64,000 nucleotides of DNA, from contig VEQS01000001.1 in assembly GCA_018883105.1 (NCBI GenBank), forward strand, positions 2,161 through 66,160, written 5' to 3'. The position numbers and the translations under genes are program-made. A model generated the notes under the pieces. That model saw only the letters and a program-made list of their open reading frames with translations. It was not told the DNA's origin and ran no database searches. Position 1 is the stretch's first letter. Every line of letters begins with the position of its first letter. This DNA is from Phycisphaerales bacterium. GTDB lineage: Bacteria; Planctomycetota; Phycisphaerae; Phycisphaerales; SM1A02. Of this stretch, positions 26,411 through 37,400 are shown piece by piece.

Positions 26411-28590
26411 CGCGGGTCGCGGTAGCCGGTCGCACGCGACAGGTAGCCGCTCGAATAGTCGTCGTAGAACTGGTACCACCACTCGACGCTGCCTGGCGGT
26501 GCAACCGGGCCGCCGCGCGCAAGCGCCGCCCAGCGCGCCGCATCCTGGCGCGCGCGTTCGTCGGCGGACCGGCGGTCGGCGAGCCGCGCCGCGCGTTCCT
26601 CCTGCGCCCGATCCTCGCGGGACTGCTCCGCCCTCGCATCCTCGACCGCGCGCATCGACGCCTCGCGCTGCGCTTCGCGCCAGGCCGCCTCGTCGGCGGC
26701 GGCGCGCTGCATCGCGTCGTCCTCGCCCTCGGCGCGCGCGGCATCCACGGCCGCACGCTCGGCCAGCGCACGCGCGTCCGCCTCGTCGCGCGCGCGCTGC
26801 GCGGCGGCGCGGGCGTTCGCCCACCGGTTCCAGGTGGGGGTCCACGACGCCAGCGCACCGCCCTGCGCAGCCCACCAGCCCGGGCGCGTCAGCTCCCACG
26901 CCCACGCGCTGGTCCATCCCGGGCACCAGCCCCACGGGATGCAGCCATCCACCAGGACATCGGGCATCACGTCGGGTGCGGCGTCCGCATCGGACGTTCC
27001 GGCCACGGCGACGAAGGCACCGACCGCGGGATCGAACGCGACGGGCTGCGCGAACGTCTGCGGCTGCGACGCGAACGCGCCGTCGGCGAACTCGACCGCC
27101 GCCGGCGAGAACCCGGTGCCGAAGACGACCGCGCCGCCTTCGACGTAGGTGCCCAGGTATCCCGGCGACCACGCGAAGGTCACGGACGCATCGTCGGAGG
27201 CGACCACGTCCACGAAGGTGGCCGGAAACGCCGGGGACTCGGGCGGGATGGACGCGATGTCGTCGGGAATGGCGTCGGCGAGCACCCACGGACCGTCGGC
27301 TGCGTCCGCCGAGAACCACGCGGCGTTGTCGCAGCAGAAGAACCGCGGCCCGACCTCGATCACCGGCTGCGAGGCATTCACCGAGGCACGCAGCATCGTG
27401 CCGGGCACCGCCTGCCACGCGGGCGCGCCGTTCCAGCGCACCGAGCAGCGCGCATCGGCGCGCGAGAGCGACTGTGCCCGGCGCTCGAGCGTGGCCGCGA
27501 CGGCCGCGACCGCCTCGGGCGTGTGGGGAACGCTCGCACGCGCCGGCACGAAGGCGCGGCCACCGGGGAGCCGCGCGAACGCGGCCGGCAGGTCCGACGG
27601 CCGCACACGCGTCCACGGGCCGTCGAGCGCGTCGGCGCGGAACCAGCGGCCGGCGGCGATGGTCCACCATGCCGCGGGCGCGGCCGTCCGCAGAAGGAGG
27701 GGCGATGCGTCCGGTGCCCACTGCACGCCCGGGGCAACGTCGACAAGGTCCGGCTCGCCGTCAATGGAGACGAGTGCGGTGGGTTCCGTGAAGACCCGGA
27801 GGTCAGGCGCCGGGCGCGATGCCGGTGCGGCGTCCGCATCCGCAGGCTGCGCCGCGACGCCGCGCGCCACGGGTTCGCGGCCGAGCGCCGCCACCACGCC
27901 GGCGGGAGGCGATGCGGCGGGCGAATAGCCGGCGCCGAGGGTGTCGCTGGAGACCCATCGATCCGCGGCCAGGCGCACGAAGAGCGTGCCGCCCGGATCC
28001 TGCAGCAGGACGAACGGCGTGTTGGTGCACCGTCGCCAGCCGGTCGCGGCGAGCGCGGCCATGCGCGGTTCCCCGTCGATCCACAGCCCGACCGCGCGCC
28101 GACGCACGACCGCGAACGCGGGCGCGTCGTCGCCCAGGCCACCGGCGGTCGCGCCACGCGCGTCGGCCACCACCATGTCGTGCGTGATGGCGCGCCGCGT
28201 GGTCGACATCGCCCGCCCGGCGATCGCCGCAGCCAACGCGCCGCGCTCGGCGTCGTCGGCCGGTCGATCCGCGAAGGAGAGCGATCGCACGGCAAACCCG
28301 GACAGCTCCAGCTCGCCCGGCAGCGCACCGGCCTGCACCGACGCGACGACCCTCACGCGCCCCATGGACGCCGGGTCCGGGACGGCCGCCAGCGCATCGC
28401 CACGCACGATCGCCTGCTCGAACTCCACCTCGCTGCCGTCGAAGGTCGTGAAGCATGGAGCGAAGACGGTCCACGCGCGGCCGGCGCCATCGATCCGCTG
28501 CGGCCAGGCGAGTGCGGGCGGCGCCGAGGCGCGTGCGAACGACGCGATCGCCACCACCAGCAGGAACACCGGCACCCGGGGGCAGTTCAT
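26356..28590 (-). CDS. Large exported hypothetical protein with Trp-rich repeats and a charged C-terminal coiled-coil
   Basis: Signal peptide MNCPRVPVFLLVVAIASFARASA. Repeated W(F/V)xxD..DGPW...P segments. Glu/Arg/Ala-rich tail. ATG 28590 overlaps the upstream stop as ATGA. Confidence 0.6.
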   Translation of the reverse strand: MNCPRVPVFLLVVAIASFARASAPPALAWPQRIDGAGRAWTVFAPCFTTFDGSEVEFEQAIVRGDALAAVPDPASMGRVRVVASVQAGALPGELELSGFAVRSLSFADRPADDAERGALAAAIAGRAMSTTRRAITHDMVVADARGATAGGLGDDAPAFAVVRRRAVGLWIDGEPRMAALAATGWRRCTNTPFVLLQDPGGTLFVRLAADRWVSSDTLGAGYSPAASPPAGVVAALGREPVARGVAAQPADADAAPASRPAPDLRVFTEPTALVSIDGEPDLVDVAPGVQWAPDASPLLLRTAAPAAWWTIAAGRWFRADALDGPWTRVRPSDLPAAFARLPGGRAFVPARASVPHTPEAVAAVAATLERRAQSLSRADARCSVRWNGAPAWQAVPGTMLRASVNASQPVIEVGPRFFCCDNAAWFSADAADGPWVLADAIPDDIASIPPESPAFPATFVDVVASDDASVTFAWSPGYLGTYVEGGAVVFGTGFSPAAVEFADGAFASQPQTFAQPVAFDPAVGAFVAVAGTSDADAAPDVMPDVLVDGCIPWGWCPGWTSAWAWELTRPGWWAAQGGALASWTPTWNRWANARAAAQRARDEADARALAERAAVDAARAEGEDDAMQRAAADEAAWREAQREASMRAVEDARAEQSREDRAQEERAARLADRRSADERARQDAARWAALARGGPVAPPGSVEWWYQFYDDYSSGYLSRATGYRDPRYPGGTWGARPAGAPPAR

Positions 28591-29015
28591 GGCGCCGACC
28601 GCGATGCCGGGGCGGCGTTCGCGGCGCCGCCCACGCGCTCGAAGGACTGTGCGAACACGGCACGGCGCGCGTCGCACCCTTCCCGCACCGGATCCGCGTC
28701 CATCCGGAGCGAGCCGATCCGCAGCGCGTACACCGCCTGGTCATCCGCGCACAGCGGCGACTCGCGCCGGGTGGAGAGGGTCAGGCGGCGCTCGCCCGGG
28801 TCGTAGGACCATCCCCCCACGACGGCGCGCGACTGCCCCTTGACGACCAGCGAGTACAGCCCGCCCTCGGCGAAGGAGATCGTCGATCCGTCGCCGAGCG
28901 ACCGCCACGCGCCCGTCACGCTCGGGTCGGCGGCCGGCACCTTCTCGGTCGACACGCACGCGGACGCCGACAGCGCGACGGCGGCGGCATGCACCAGGAT
29001 TCGGGCGACGTTCAT
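28587..29015 (-). CDS. Small lipoprotein (hypothetical)
   Basis: MNVARILVHAAAVALSASAC lipobox, 142 aa. Translationally coupled to the downstream large protein. Confidence 0.6.
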   Translation of the reverse strand: MNVARILVHAAAVALSASACVSTEKVPAADPSVTGAWRSLGDGSTISFAEGGLYSLVVKGQSRAVVGGWSYDPGERRLTLSTRRESPLCADDQAVYALRIGSLRMDADPVREGCDARRAVFAQSFERVGGAANAAPASRSAP

Positions 29016-29061
29016 GCGCCGCACGGTAGCGCATCGACCGCGCCGAGGGGGCGACGCGACG

Positions 29062-29715
29062 TCACCCGGTCGGACGCGGCAGCCAGCGGTCGCGCTCGGC
29101 GGGTGCCCGACGGAACGCGGGGCCCCGCACGCCCGCCGTGCGCATCGACGGCGGCTGGTGCTCGCCGGCGGCGATCCGGTCGGCAAGCCGCCGTCCCAGG
29201 CCCCCGCTCTCGATGTCGAGGGGATGCAGGCAGTCGATGAATTCCGACGCCTCGGACTCCGGCGGAAGCGCCCGCGTCGGCTCGTCGAGGATGCGGTAGT
29301 ACAGGCGGCCGTACAGGTCGCTGTCGTCGAGATGGTCGGTGTTCAGGAGGAACACGCCGCTGGCCGAGAGCGCCTCGATGACCGTCCAGAGCTCGTCGTG
29401 GAGCGCGTCGGCCGACTCGAGGTCCTGCGGCGGAACCGGCACGATGCGGTGCTCGAGGAGGAGCGCGCGGCCCGTCGTGACGGGCGCCATCTCCAGGTCA
29501 TAGACCAGCGTCCAGTGGAAGCGGTCCTCGATGCCGCCCGCGGCGCGCGCCTTGGCGACCAGCTCGTCGATCCGGCGCGCCCGGTCGGCGTGCATCCTTC
29601 GCCGCGTGCCGATCACCTCCTCGGCCATCGCATCGAGCCGATCGCGCGAGATGCCGCCGACCAACCGCCTCCGGCGCGCGACGCGCGCCTCCGAACCCGT
29701 GATCCCAAAGCACAT
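29062..29715 (-). CDS. Hypothetical cytoplasmic protein
   Basis: GGAGG 5 nt upstream of ATG 29715 (MCFGITG...). No family recognised. Confidence 0.5.
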   Translation of the reverse strand: MCFGITGSEARVARRRRLVGGISRDRLDAMAEEVIGTRRRMHADRARRIDELVAKARAAGGIEDRFHWTLVYDLEMAPVTTGRALLLEHRIVPVPPQDLESADALHDELWTVIEALSASGVFLLNTDHLDDSDLYGRLYYRILDEPTRALPPESEASEFIDCLHPLDIESGGLGRRLADRIAAGEHQPPSMRTAGVRGPAFRRAPAERDRWLPRPTG

Positions 29716-29806
29716 GTCGAACCTCCGATTCCTGCCCTGCGTGCGCGCACCGTATCGGCGCGCGGGCACGGCCCACGCGGTCGCCGCCATTTTTCCGGCG
29801 ATCACG

Positions 29807-32440
29807 TCAGAAGCAGTGCACGCGAACCGTGGGTGCCGGCGCACCGTCCGCCCGCATGCGGACCTGCACCGACGACCGCTCGCCGGGCATCAAGGTGAGC
29901 AGGTTGGGCGTGCACTCGACCCAGTCGCCCTCGGGCTCCACCCATGCCTCGCGCACCAGGGTGCGCGCCGTCACGTCGGCCCACCATGCGTCGTGCCGGC
30001 GCTCCACGCGAACCGAGAACCCGGGCGACACCCGCGGCTGCGACACCTCGGGCGCGAACCACCACCAGGCGCGGTTGCGCACGTGGCCGCCGTCGGGAAC
30101 GCCCTCGAGGTGATCCTCGGCCGACGGCACCTCGGCGCTCCACGCCTCTGAAGACGGATCGGCGGGCGGCCCGACCAGCTCGGCCGGATCGAGCGATGCA
30201 TCGATCCCGCGCGGCGGCACGCGCACCTTCCGCACGGCCGACGCGAGCACCCGGCCATGCACGTCGACGCGCCGCACCTCGACGGGCGCGTTCCATGCCG
30301 AGGGGGCATCGTTGACGAGCACCACGCGCAGCGAGCCGGCCACGCCGTCGCCGCCGGCGACGCCCTGCCCCGCCGGCCCGACCGGCTCGATCGCCACCAG
30401 GCGCGGCCGCGCCGCCTGGCGCACCGCATGCCATGACGGCTTCGGGCGGAGCTTCGCGTCCACGACGCTCCAGCTGTGCCCGGTCCACACGTCGTTCAGC
30501 TGCCAGAAGAGGCTCCCGCCCGAGCGGCCGGGATTCGCGCGCGTCCAGGCAATCATGGTGCGCATCGCGCGCGCCTGCAGCAGGTGCGCCTGCCAGAGCC
30601 ACGAGGCGAAGTCCGCGGGCGCCGGGAAGTTCGCCGCCAGGAACGGCGCGTACTGCACCTCGTCGCCGCCCCAGGCGCGCTGCCGCCTCGCGAGCGCCGG
30701 CGATCCGATCACGAGCGCGTCCTCGCCGATCGCCTCGCGCAGCGACGCGAAGGTCGGCGGCGACTGGTGGCCGAACTCGCTGGTGAAGCGCGGCACCATC
30801 GAGCGCTGGCCCGCGAGCTTCAGGTCCCACGTGTGCCGGTCGCCGCGGTCGGGGTCGTTCGCGTGCACATCGAGCGACCCGCTCCATGGGCTCTCGGGCC
30901 AGTACGGCCGCGACGGATCGAGCTCCGCACAGACGCGCGGCAGCAGCTCGAGCCAGTAGTGCCGGCCCCACGACTGCCCCGGCGCCAGCCGCTCGCGGAA
31001 TCCCCATGACTGCCACGCGAGCACGTCCTCGTTGCCGCCGCACCAGAGCACGATCGACGGGTGCGCGGAGCACCGCGCGACCTGCGCGCGCGCCTCGCGC
31101 TCGACGAGCGCCGGCATCGGCGCGTCCTCCGGGTACGTCGCGCACGCGAACATGAAGTCCTGCCAGACCAGGAGGCCGAGCTCGTCGCAGCGGTCGTAGA
31201 ACGCGTCCGGCTCGTGGATCCCACCGCCCCAGACGCGCAGCATGTTCAGGTTCGCCGCCACGGCAAGTTCAAGCAGCCGCTCGGCCGTGGCATCATCGCG
31301 GCCGGCCACCGGGAACGGCGACGCGGGGATCCAGTTCGCGCCAGTCACCGGCACGCGCACGCCGTTCACGAGGAACGCGAACCGCTCGCCATCCGCGTCC
31401 GCCGAGACATCGAGCGCGCACGAACGCAGGCCGATCCGACGCACCTCGCGTGCGCCCGCACCCGGGATCGGACGCCCACCGGCGTCGACCAGGTCGACGC
31501 GCACCGCGTGCAGCGGCTGCCGGCCGAAGCCGCGCGGCCACCATCGTTCCGGCCGCTCGAACTCGAAGGTCGCGCACGCGCGCCCATCATCGCCGACCGG
31601 CACGGTCGACGACATCGTCCGCGCGCCGCGGTCACGGTCGCGCGCGCGGTCGCGCTCCTCGCCCGGCGCGCGCGGCGGCCGCCGAAGCTCGCAGCGCACG
31701 AACACGCCGTCTCGCGGTGCGTCGGGCATGCGCACCACGTCGACGTGCACCGACACCCGGGCCCGCTCGGCGTCGCATGCATCGACGAGCGGCCGCACCG
31801 ACTCGATCCGCGCCGCGCTCCAGCACTCGATGCGCACGTCGCCCGGGATCCCCGAGGTGGGCACGCGCGGACCCCAGTCCCAGCCGAAGTTGCAGGCGCT
31901 CTTGCGGATGAACGGGTAGGGCGTCCAGTCGCCGTTCACCGGGCGCGGCCCGAGCCGTGCCTCCTCGGCGCGCACGCACGGCACCGGGGCGCGCACGCGC
32001 ACGACGAGCACGTTCTCGCCCGCGCGCACCGCGCCGCGCACGTCGAACCGCCATGGCACGAACTGGCTCGCGCACGCCCCGACCGGCACGCCGTTCAGCT
32101 CGACGTCCGCCACCGTGTCGACCGAGTCGAGGCACAGCTCGACCGCGCCGCCGCCGAGCACCTCGGCGGGCACGTCGATCCGCCCCGTCCACGTCCAGTC
32201 GGCGTGGCCGACCCATGCCTGGCGTTCCTCCCCGTCGCCGACGTCGAGCGGCGGCAGCACGCCCGCACGCCCAAGGTCCAGGTGCACGCACCCCGGCACC
32301 TCGGCCGGGAACGATCGGCCGACGATCCCCTCGGGCGCCTCCGCGTGCGCGCACGCCGTGCACGTGACCGTCCATGCGGAGGGATCGGGTCGGATCACCG
32401 GCACTGCATGCCCCTCACCCGACCCGCCCGTCGTCGGCAT
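29807..32440 (-). CDS. Beta-mannosidase (glycoside hydrolase family 2)
   Basis: NMLRVWGGGIHE, LLVWQDFMFACATYPED, LWCGGNED (acid/base region) and FTSEFGHQSPP (nucleophile region). The 877 aa length is typical. Confidence 0.85.
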   Translation of the reverse strand: MPTTGGSGEGHAVPVIRPDPSAWTVTCTACAHAEAPEGIVGRSFPAEVPGCVHLDLGRAGVLPPLDVGDGEERQAWVGHADWTWTGRIDVPAEVLGGGAVELCLDSVDTVADVELNGVPVGACASQFVPWRFDVRGAVRAGENVLVVRVRAPVPCVRAEEARLGPRPVNGDWTPYPFIRKSACNFGWDWGPRVPTSGIPGDVRIECWSAARIESVRPLVDACDAERARVSVHVDVVRMPDAPRDGVFVRCELRRPPRAPGEERDRARDRDRGARTMSSTVPVGDDGRACATFEFERPERWWPRGFGRQPLHAVRVDLVDAGGRPIPGAGAREVRRIGLRSCALDVSADADGERFAFLVNGVRVPVTGANWIPASPFPVAGRDDATAERLLELAVAANLNMLRVWGGGIHEPDAFYDRCDELGLLVWQDFMFACATYPEDAPMPALVEREARAQVARCSAHPSIVLWCGGNEDVLAWQSWGFRERLAPGQSWGRHYWLELLPRVCAELDPSRPYWPESPWSGSLDVHANDPDRGDRHTWDLKLAGQRSMVPRFTSEFGHQSPPTFASLREAIGEDALVIGSPALARRQRAWGGDEVQYAPFLAANFPAPADFASWLWQAHLLQARAMRTMIAWTRANPGRSGGSLFWQLNDVWTGHSWSVVDAKLRPKPSWHAVRQAARPRLVAIEPVGPAGQGVAGGDGVAGSLRVVLVNDAPSAWNAPVEVRRVDVHGRVLASAVRKVRVPPRGIDASLDPAELVGPPADPSSEAWSAEVPSAEDHLEGVPDGGHVRNRAWWWFAPEVSQPRVSPGFSVRVERRHDAWWADVTARTLVREAWVEPEGDWVECTPNLLTLMPGERSSVQVRMRADGAPAPTVRVHCF

Positions 32441-34415
32441 CGTCGGGCCGGTACGTGCGCAGGTCGCGTCGCAGCCGCACGTAGTCGCGGATGCCGCCGA
32501 TCGAGAACCACACCATCACCACGGTGCTTGCCGCCAGGATGAACCAGGTCCAGCCGTGCCACCACGCCGACCAGGCCTGGTCGCTCACCGGATCTCCCGC
32601 GGCGCGCCTCCACAGGAGCCACGGCGTCGCCAGCAGGAAGAGCACCGTGAAGGCAAGCGGCCACGCCAGCGTGATCACTGCCACGGACCGGTCCCAGCCG
32701 CGGTACTGCCGGTCGAAGCCGATCTTCTCGAGGAACGTCCGCGGTGCCTCGTCGAGCGCGGCGTCGCCCTCGACGCGCCAGCGCCCGCGATGCAGCATGC
32801 GGTCGAGCTCGAACCGCCGGACGCCGCCGGCGAGGCTCGCCACCACGTAGGCGGCGCAGCTTGCCATCATGGCGACGAAGCTCAGTTCCATGCCGGTGAC
32901 GTTTGCGCGCACCCAGTTGAACCCGGCGGCCAGCGCGGGCAACGCGGGTTCCGGCGCCGCCATCGCCTCCACCCAGGACGCCGGGGCGTTCAGCACCACG
33001 AGGCCCGGCACCGAGATGCCGATGCCGGCGAGCATCGCCGACCACGCCCCGGACGTCGTGCCCCACCGCGTGTAGAGGCCGCCGATGATCGCGGCGCCGC
33101 CGCCGGCCACGAAGATGCTCCCGGTGAGCGCGCCGTACATCGCGATGTACTCGCCCGGCTGCCAGCGCAGGCTGAAGAGGAACGCGAACACCGCCACGCC
33201 GAGCACCGCAAGCTTCAGGAGGACGAGCTGCGACCGCGGCGCCATCGGTCGCTTCCGGAACGGCAGCACCACGTCCTGCACGAAGATGCTGCCCCACGAG
33301 TGCAGGTACGCCTCGTCGGTGCTGACGGCGGCGCCCAGCATCGCCGCGACCACGAGGCCCAGCATCCCGGCCGGAAGCATGACGCCGAGCGCCAGCGGCA
33401 CTCGCATCTCCGCCTGCAGCGCCTCGGTCGGCTGCGCCGCGATCATCTCCTGCAGTCCGGCCGACGCGGCCGCATGCTCCGGGTGCGTCAGGAACGCGCG
33501 CACCGCAAGAGGCACCAGCACCGTCACGAGCATCAGCGTTCGGTACCGCCAGCCGTTCAGGAGCTGGCCCATGCGCGCCTCGTGCGCGTCGCGCGCGGCG
33601 CTGTTGTAGCCCTGGTCGCCCTGCCACGCGCGGCAGGCGTAGAAGAGCGTGAACGCGCTGATCAGCCAGTAGACGACGTTGAAGTTCCGCTCGTCCGAGA
33701 GCCCCAGCGGGTTCAGCATGCTCTTCCCCGCCGGGAGCATGAGCATCGTCTCCTCGAGCTGGAGCCACGGGAACCGCAGCATCACCCACCAGCACACGGT
33801 GACGAAGGTGCAGAAGCAGAACACGCCCTGGAAGAAGTCGGTCACCAGGACGGCGAGCATCCCGCCCGCGAAGACCATGAAGACCGCGAAGGAAAGCAGC
33901 GCCGCCATCACCACGGGGAACGTCTCGACGTGCGTGCCCCAGAGCTCGAAGCCGTCGGGCAGCCCCAGCATCGCGATGAAGAACCGCGCCGTCACGCCCG
34001 GGAAGATCGCGTAGTTCAGGATGCCGGAGACGAAGGCCACCAGCCCGCCGAAGATCCGCAGCCGGCGCGAGTAGCGCATCTCGAAGAACTGCGCGAGCGT
34101 CATCGCGCGCGTCTCGCGGAAGCGGTAGATCACCCACCCCGTGGCGGCCAGCAGGATGAGCGCCGGCCCCTCCAGGTAGCCCCACCAGTACTGCGTGAAC
34201 CCCACGTCGTAGCCGAGCTGGAAGTACCACACCAGCGTGATCACGCCGACCTGCGCCATGTTGTAGGAGACGGTCAGCAGGTAGCGGCCGGCCAGGCGGT
34301 TGGCGCTCAGGAACCCGCTCACGCTCGTCGCGTGCCGGCGCATGCCCCAGGCGCTCCAGGCGAGCGCCGTCATGAACGACGCGACGATCGTCCAGTCGAT
34401 CGCGGCCAGCCTCAC
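32415..34415 (-). CDS. Sodium:solute symporter family (SSF) transporter
   Basis: About 13-14 TM. FLSANRLAGRYLLTVSYNMAQVG and MTLAQFFEMRYS are typical of the SSF N-terminus. GTG 34415 overlaps the GH38 stop as GTGA. The 3' end overlaps the GH2 start by 26 nt. Confidence 0.8.
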   Translation of the reverse strand: MRLAAIDWTIVASFMTALAWSAWGMRRHATSVSGFLSANRLAGRYLLTVSYNMAQVGVITLVWYFQLGYDVGFTQYWWGYLEGPALILLAATGWVIYRFRETRAMTLAQFFEMRYSRRLRIFGGLVAFVSGILNYAIFPGVTARFFIAMLGLPDGFELWGTHVETFPVVMAALLSFAVFMVFAGGMLAVLVTDFFQGVFCFCTFVTVCWWVMLRFPWLQLEETMLMLPAGKSMLNPLGLSDERNFNVVYWLISAFTLFYACRAWQGDQGYNSAARDAHEARMGQLLNGWRYRTLMLVTVLVPLAVRAFLTHPEHAAASAGLQEMIAAQPTEALQAEMRVPLALGVMLPAGMLGLVVAAMLGAAVSTDEAYLHSWGSIFVQDVVLPFRKRPMAPRSQLVLLKLAVLGVAVFAFLFSLRWQPGEYIAMYGALTGSIFVAGGGAAIIGGLYTRWGTTSGAWSAMLAGIGISVPGLVVLNAPASWVEAMAAPEPALPALAAGFNWVRANVTGMELSFVAMMASCAAYVVASLAGGVRRFELDRMLHRGRWRVEGDAALDEAPRTFLEKIGFDRQYRGWDRSVAVITLAWPLAFTVLFLLATPWLLWRRAAGDPVSDQAWSAWWHGWTWFILAASTVVMVWFSIGGIRDYVRLRRDLRTYRPDDADDGRVG

Positions 34416-37400
34416 GCGCCGGCCCCCGCGAGCGCCGCCCGCAGGGTGACGATCCCGAATGGCCGCACCGCGAAGCGCGTCACGCCCGCGGCCGCATCGT
34501 GCTCGATGGCGGCCACGTCGCGCGGCTCCTCGAAGAGGTCCGTCGCCTGCACGTCCCGCACCGGGAAGCCCCAGCGCACCTCGGCCGAGCCGCCGCCGCC
34601 GCGCACCTCGACGACGCGCAGTGCCACCGTGCCCGGCGCCTCGCCGGGCTTGAGCGCCGAGACCTCCAGGTGCCCGGCACCGTCGCAGCGAACGCCGACG
34701 CCCTGCCAGCCGGGTGCGACCCGCGCCGCGCCGGCGGGCGCCGCGCCGCGCAGCTCGATCCCCACCAGAGGGTGGTTCAGCTGCTCGGCCTGCGCGTCGA
34801 TGCCGGCCGCGCGCCAGTCGCCGCCGTGCACCATCAGCGAGTAGGTGAAGCGGTGCCGGCCGCGGTCGGCGGTCGGATCGGGGAAGTTCGGTGCCTTCAG
34901 GAGGCTCAGGCCGAGCGTGCCGTGGCGCGCGCTGCGGCCGAACTTGCCGTCGTCCAGGACCGCCACCCCGAGCCCCGGCTGCGAGAGGTCCATCCACCCA
35001 TGGCCGGGCACCTCGAACTGCGCGCGCTCCCAGCTGGTGTTGTCGTGCGCGGCGCGCTCGACGTGCCCGAACTGCGTGCCGAAGGTCGCGCGCCGCGCGC
35101 GCACCGCGCAGGGAAAGAGCGCACGCAAGAGCACCTGCTCCTCGTTCCACTCGACGTCGGTGACGATGTCAAGCCGCGGCGACCCCGCCACCAGCCGGTG
35201 GCGCTGCACGATGCGGCTTGCGCGGCCGACCGCGCGCTCGACCACGAGCTCGGCCTCGGCCGGACCGCGCACGGTGAACTCGATCCGGTCGGCGGGCCCC
35301 ATCACCCGCGTCGCCTGCTCCTGGTAGTCGCGGTCGATGTCCCATGCCTCCCAGCGCCGCGGCCGGTCCACGTAGGTCACCAGCTGGTTCATGGGAAGCG
35401 GCGCGCCATGCTCGTCAAGCGCGTTCGCCATGGCGCCGTCGACCACGCGCCGCAGCACCGCGACGCGCCCCGCCTCGTCGAGCTCGACCTCGAGGAACCC
35501 GTTGCGCATCGCGCGCGCGCCGGTGACGCGCACCTCGTGCCCCGGCGCGATCGACGGGTCCGCCGCCGCATCCACCACCGCCACGCCGAGCGCGGGCACC
35601 TCGACGCAGAGCACGGCGCCGCCATCGGCCGCCACCGTCCCGGTCTGCGCGGTGGACGCGGGGTTGAACACCGCGATCCGCTCGCTCGTCGCATCGCGAT
35701 CGCCCCCGGCCGCGGCCACGGCGCCGGCCAGCCACTGCATGCCGCGGCCAACCGCGCGCACGGCCTCGCGGCGCACGTCGTCGAGCTGCACGCGTGCATC
35801 GTCGTACACCTCGCGGATCGAGCTGCCCGGCAGGATGTCGTGGAACTGGTTGAGGAGGAGCGCCTTCCACGGCGCATCGAGCGCCGCGCGCGCCTCCGCG
35901 GCGACCGCGGCATCGGCCTCCGCCCCGGCGCGCATGCAGGCCAGCATCTCGGCGAGGCGCAGCAATCCCTCGCAGCGGCGGTTCGCCTCCTTGATCCACG
36001 CCTGGCTCGTGTAGGTGCCGCGGTGGAGCTCGAGGTACAGCTCGCCGTCCCACACGCGCAGGTCCTGCCCCGCGCGGCGCAGGGCGCGGCGCGCCTCGTG
36101 CAGCTCCTCGCAGAAGTCGCGCACCGGCTTCTGCTCGACGCGCGGCAGTCCCTCGCAGCGCGCGCCGATGTTCGCCCGCTCCACCTGCTCCGGCGTCGGG
36201 CCGCCGCCGCCGTCGCCGAAGCCGTACGGCTGCAGGTAGGTGGGAACGCGCGCGCCGTCAAGGTCGACGAGCACCTGCACGCCGTGCATGAACTCCTTCG
36301 GCTCGATGGCGCTGTTGTAGTTGTGCCCGGGCGTCAGGTGCGAGAGCACCTCGGTGCCGTCGAGCCCGCGCCACAGGAACGTCACGTTCGGGAAGCGGTT
36401 GGTCTCGCTCCAGCTCATCTTGTTGGTGATGAAGGTGTCGATCCCGGCCTGCGCCATGACCTGCGGCAGGCACGCCGGGAACCCGAAGGTGTCCGGCAGG
36501 TAGAGGAACCGCTGCGGCGCCGCGGCCCCGAAGCGCGAGCGCCAGTACTCGCACCCGTGCAGGATCTGGCGCACGAAGCTCTCCCCCGAGGGGCACGTGC
36601 AGTCGGGCTCGATCCACATCGCGCCCGCCGCCTCCCAGCGTCCTTCCCGGACGCGCGCCGCGATCTCGGCGAAGAGCGCGGGCGACGACTCCTCGACCCA
36701 CGCGTACTGCTGCGCCTGGCTGCACAGGAAGTGGAAGTGCGGATGGCGCTCCTGCAGGCGCAGCACGTTCGCGAAGGTGCGCAGGCACTTGCGCTTCGTC
36801 TCGGCAATCGGCCAGAGCCAGGCGGTGTCGATGTGCGCGTGGCCGACCGCGTTGCACGTCACGGGGGTCGATGGCCCGCGCCCCATCAGGAGGGCCGCGA
36901 GCTCCGGGAACAGCGACGTGCACGCGGCATGCATCGAGCCGGGCGCGCCCTGCACGGGAAGCCGCGCCATCAGCGCGCGCAGCCCGCGGTCCAGCTCGTG
37001 CGCGCGTGCCTCGTGCGCAGGCAGCGCCGCCAGCAGCTTGCGCGCGGTGTCGAAGCCCTGCGCGAATCGCCACGCCGCCTCGTCGACCGCCACCAGCTCC
37101 GCGCCCTCCAAGCGCCCCGGGTTCGCCTCGCGCCAGCGCGCGTGGTGCTCGGCGCTCTCCCACCAGAACGTGCTGACGCCGAGCGGCAGGTTGCATGCGG
37201 CTTCCACCAGCAGGTCGACCGCCTCGCCGGCGGGCGCGCGCTCCCAGAGGAATGCCAGGTCGCGGTAGGGGTCGAACCCATGGAACGGGACGCCGCCCCG
37301 CCACAGGAGCGCCTCGCTGCCCGACGAGAAGCGCAGCGCCACGCGGCGGCCGGCAAGCGACGCCGGCACCTCGCCCTGCAGGCGGAACCACGCCGTGCTC

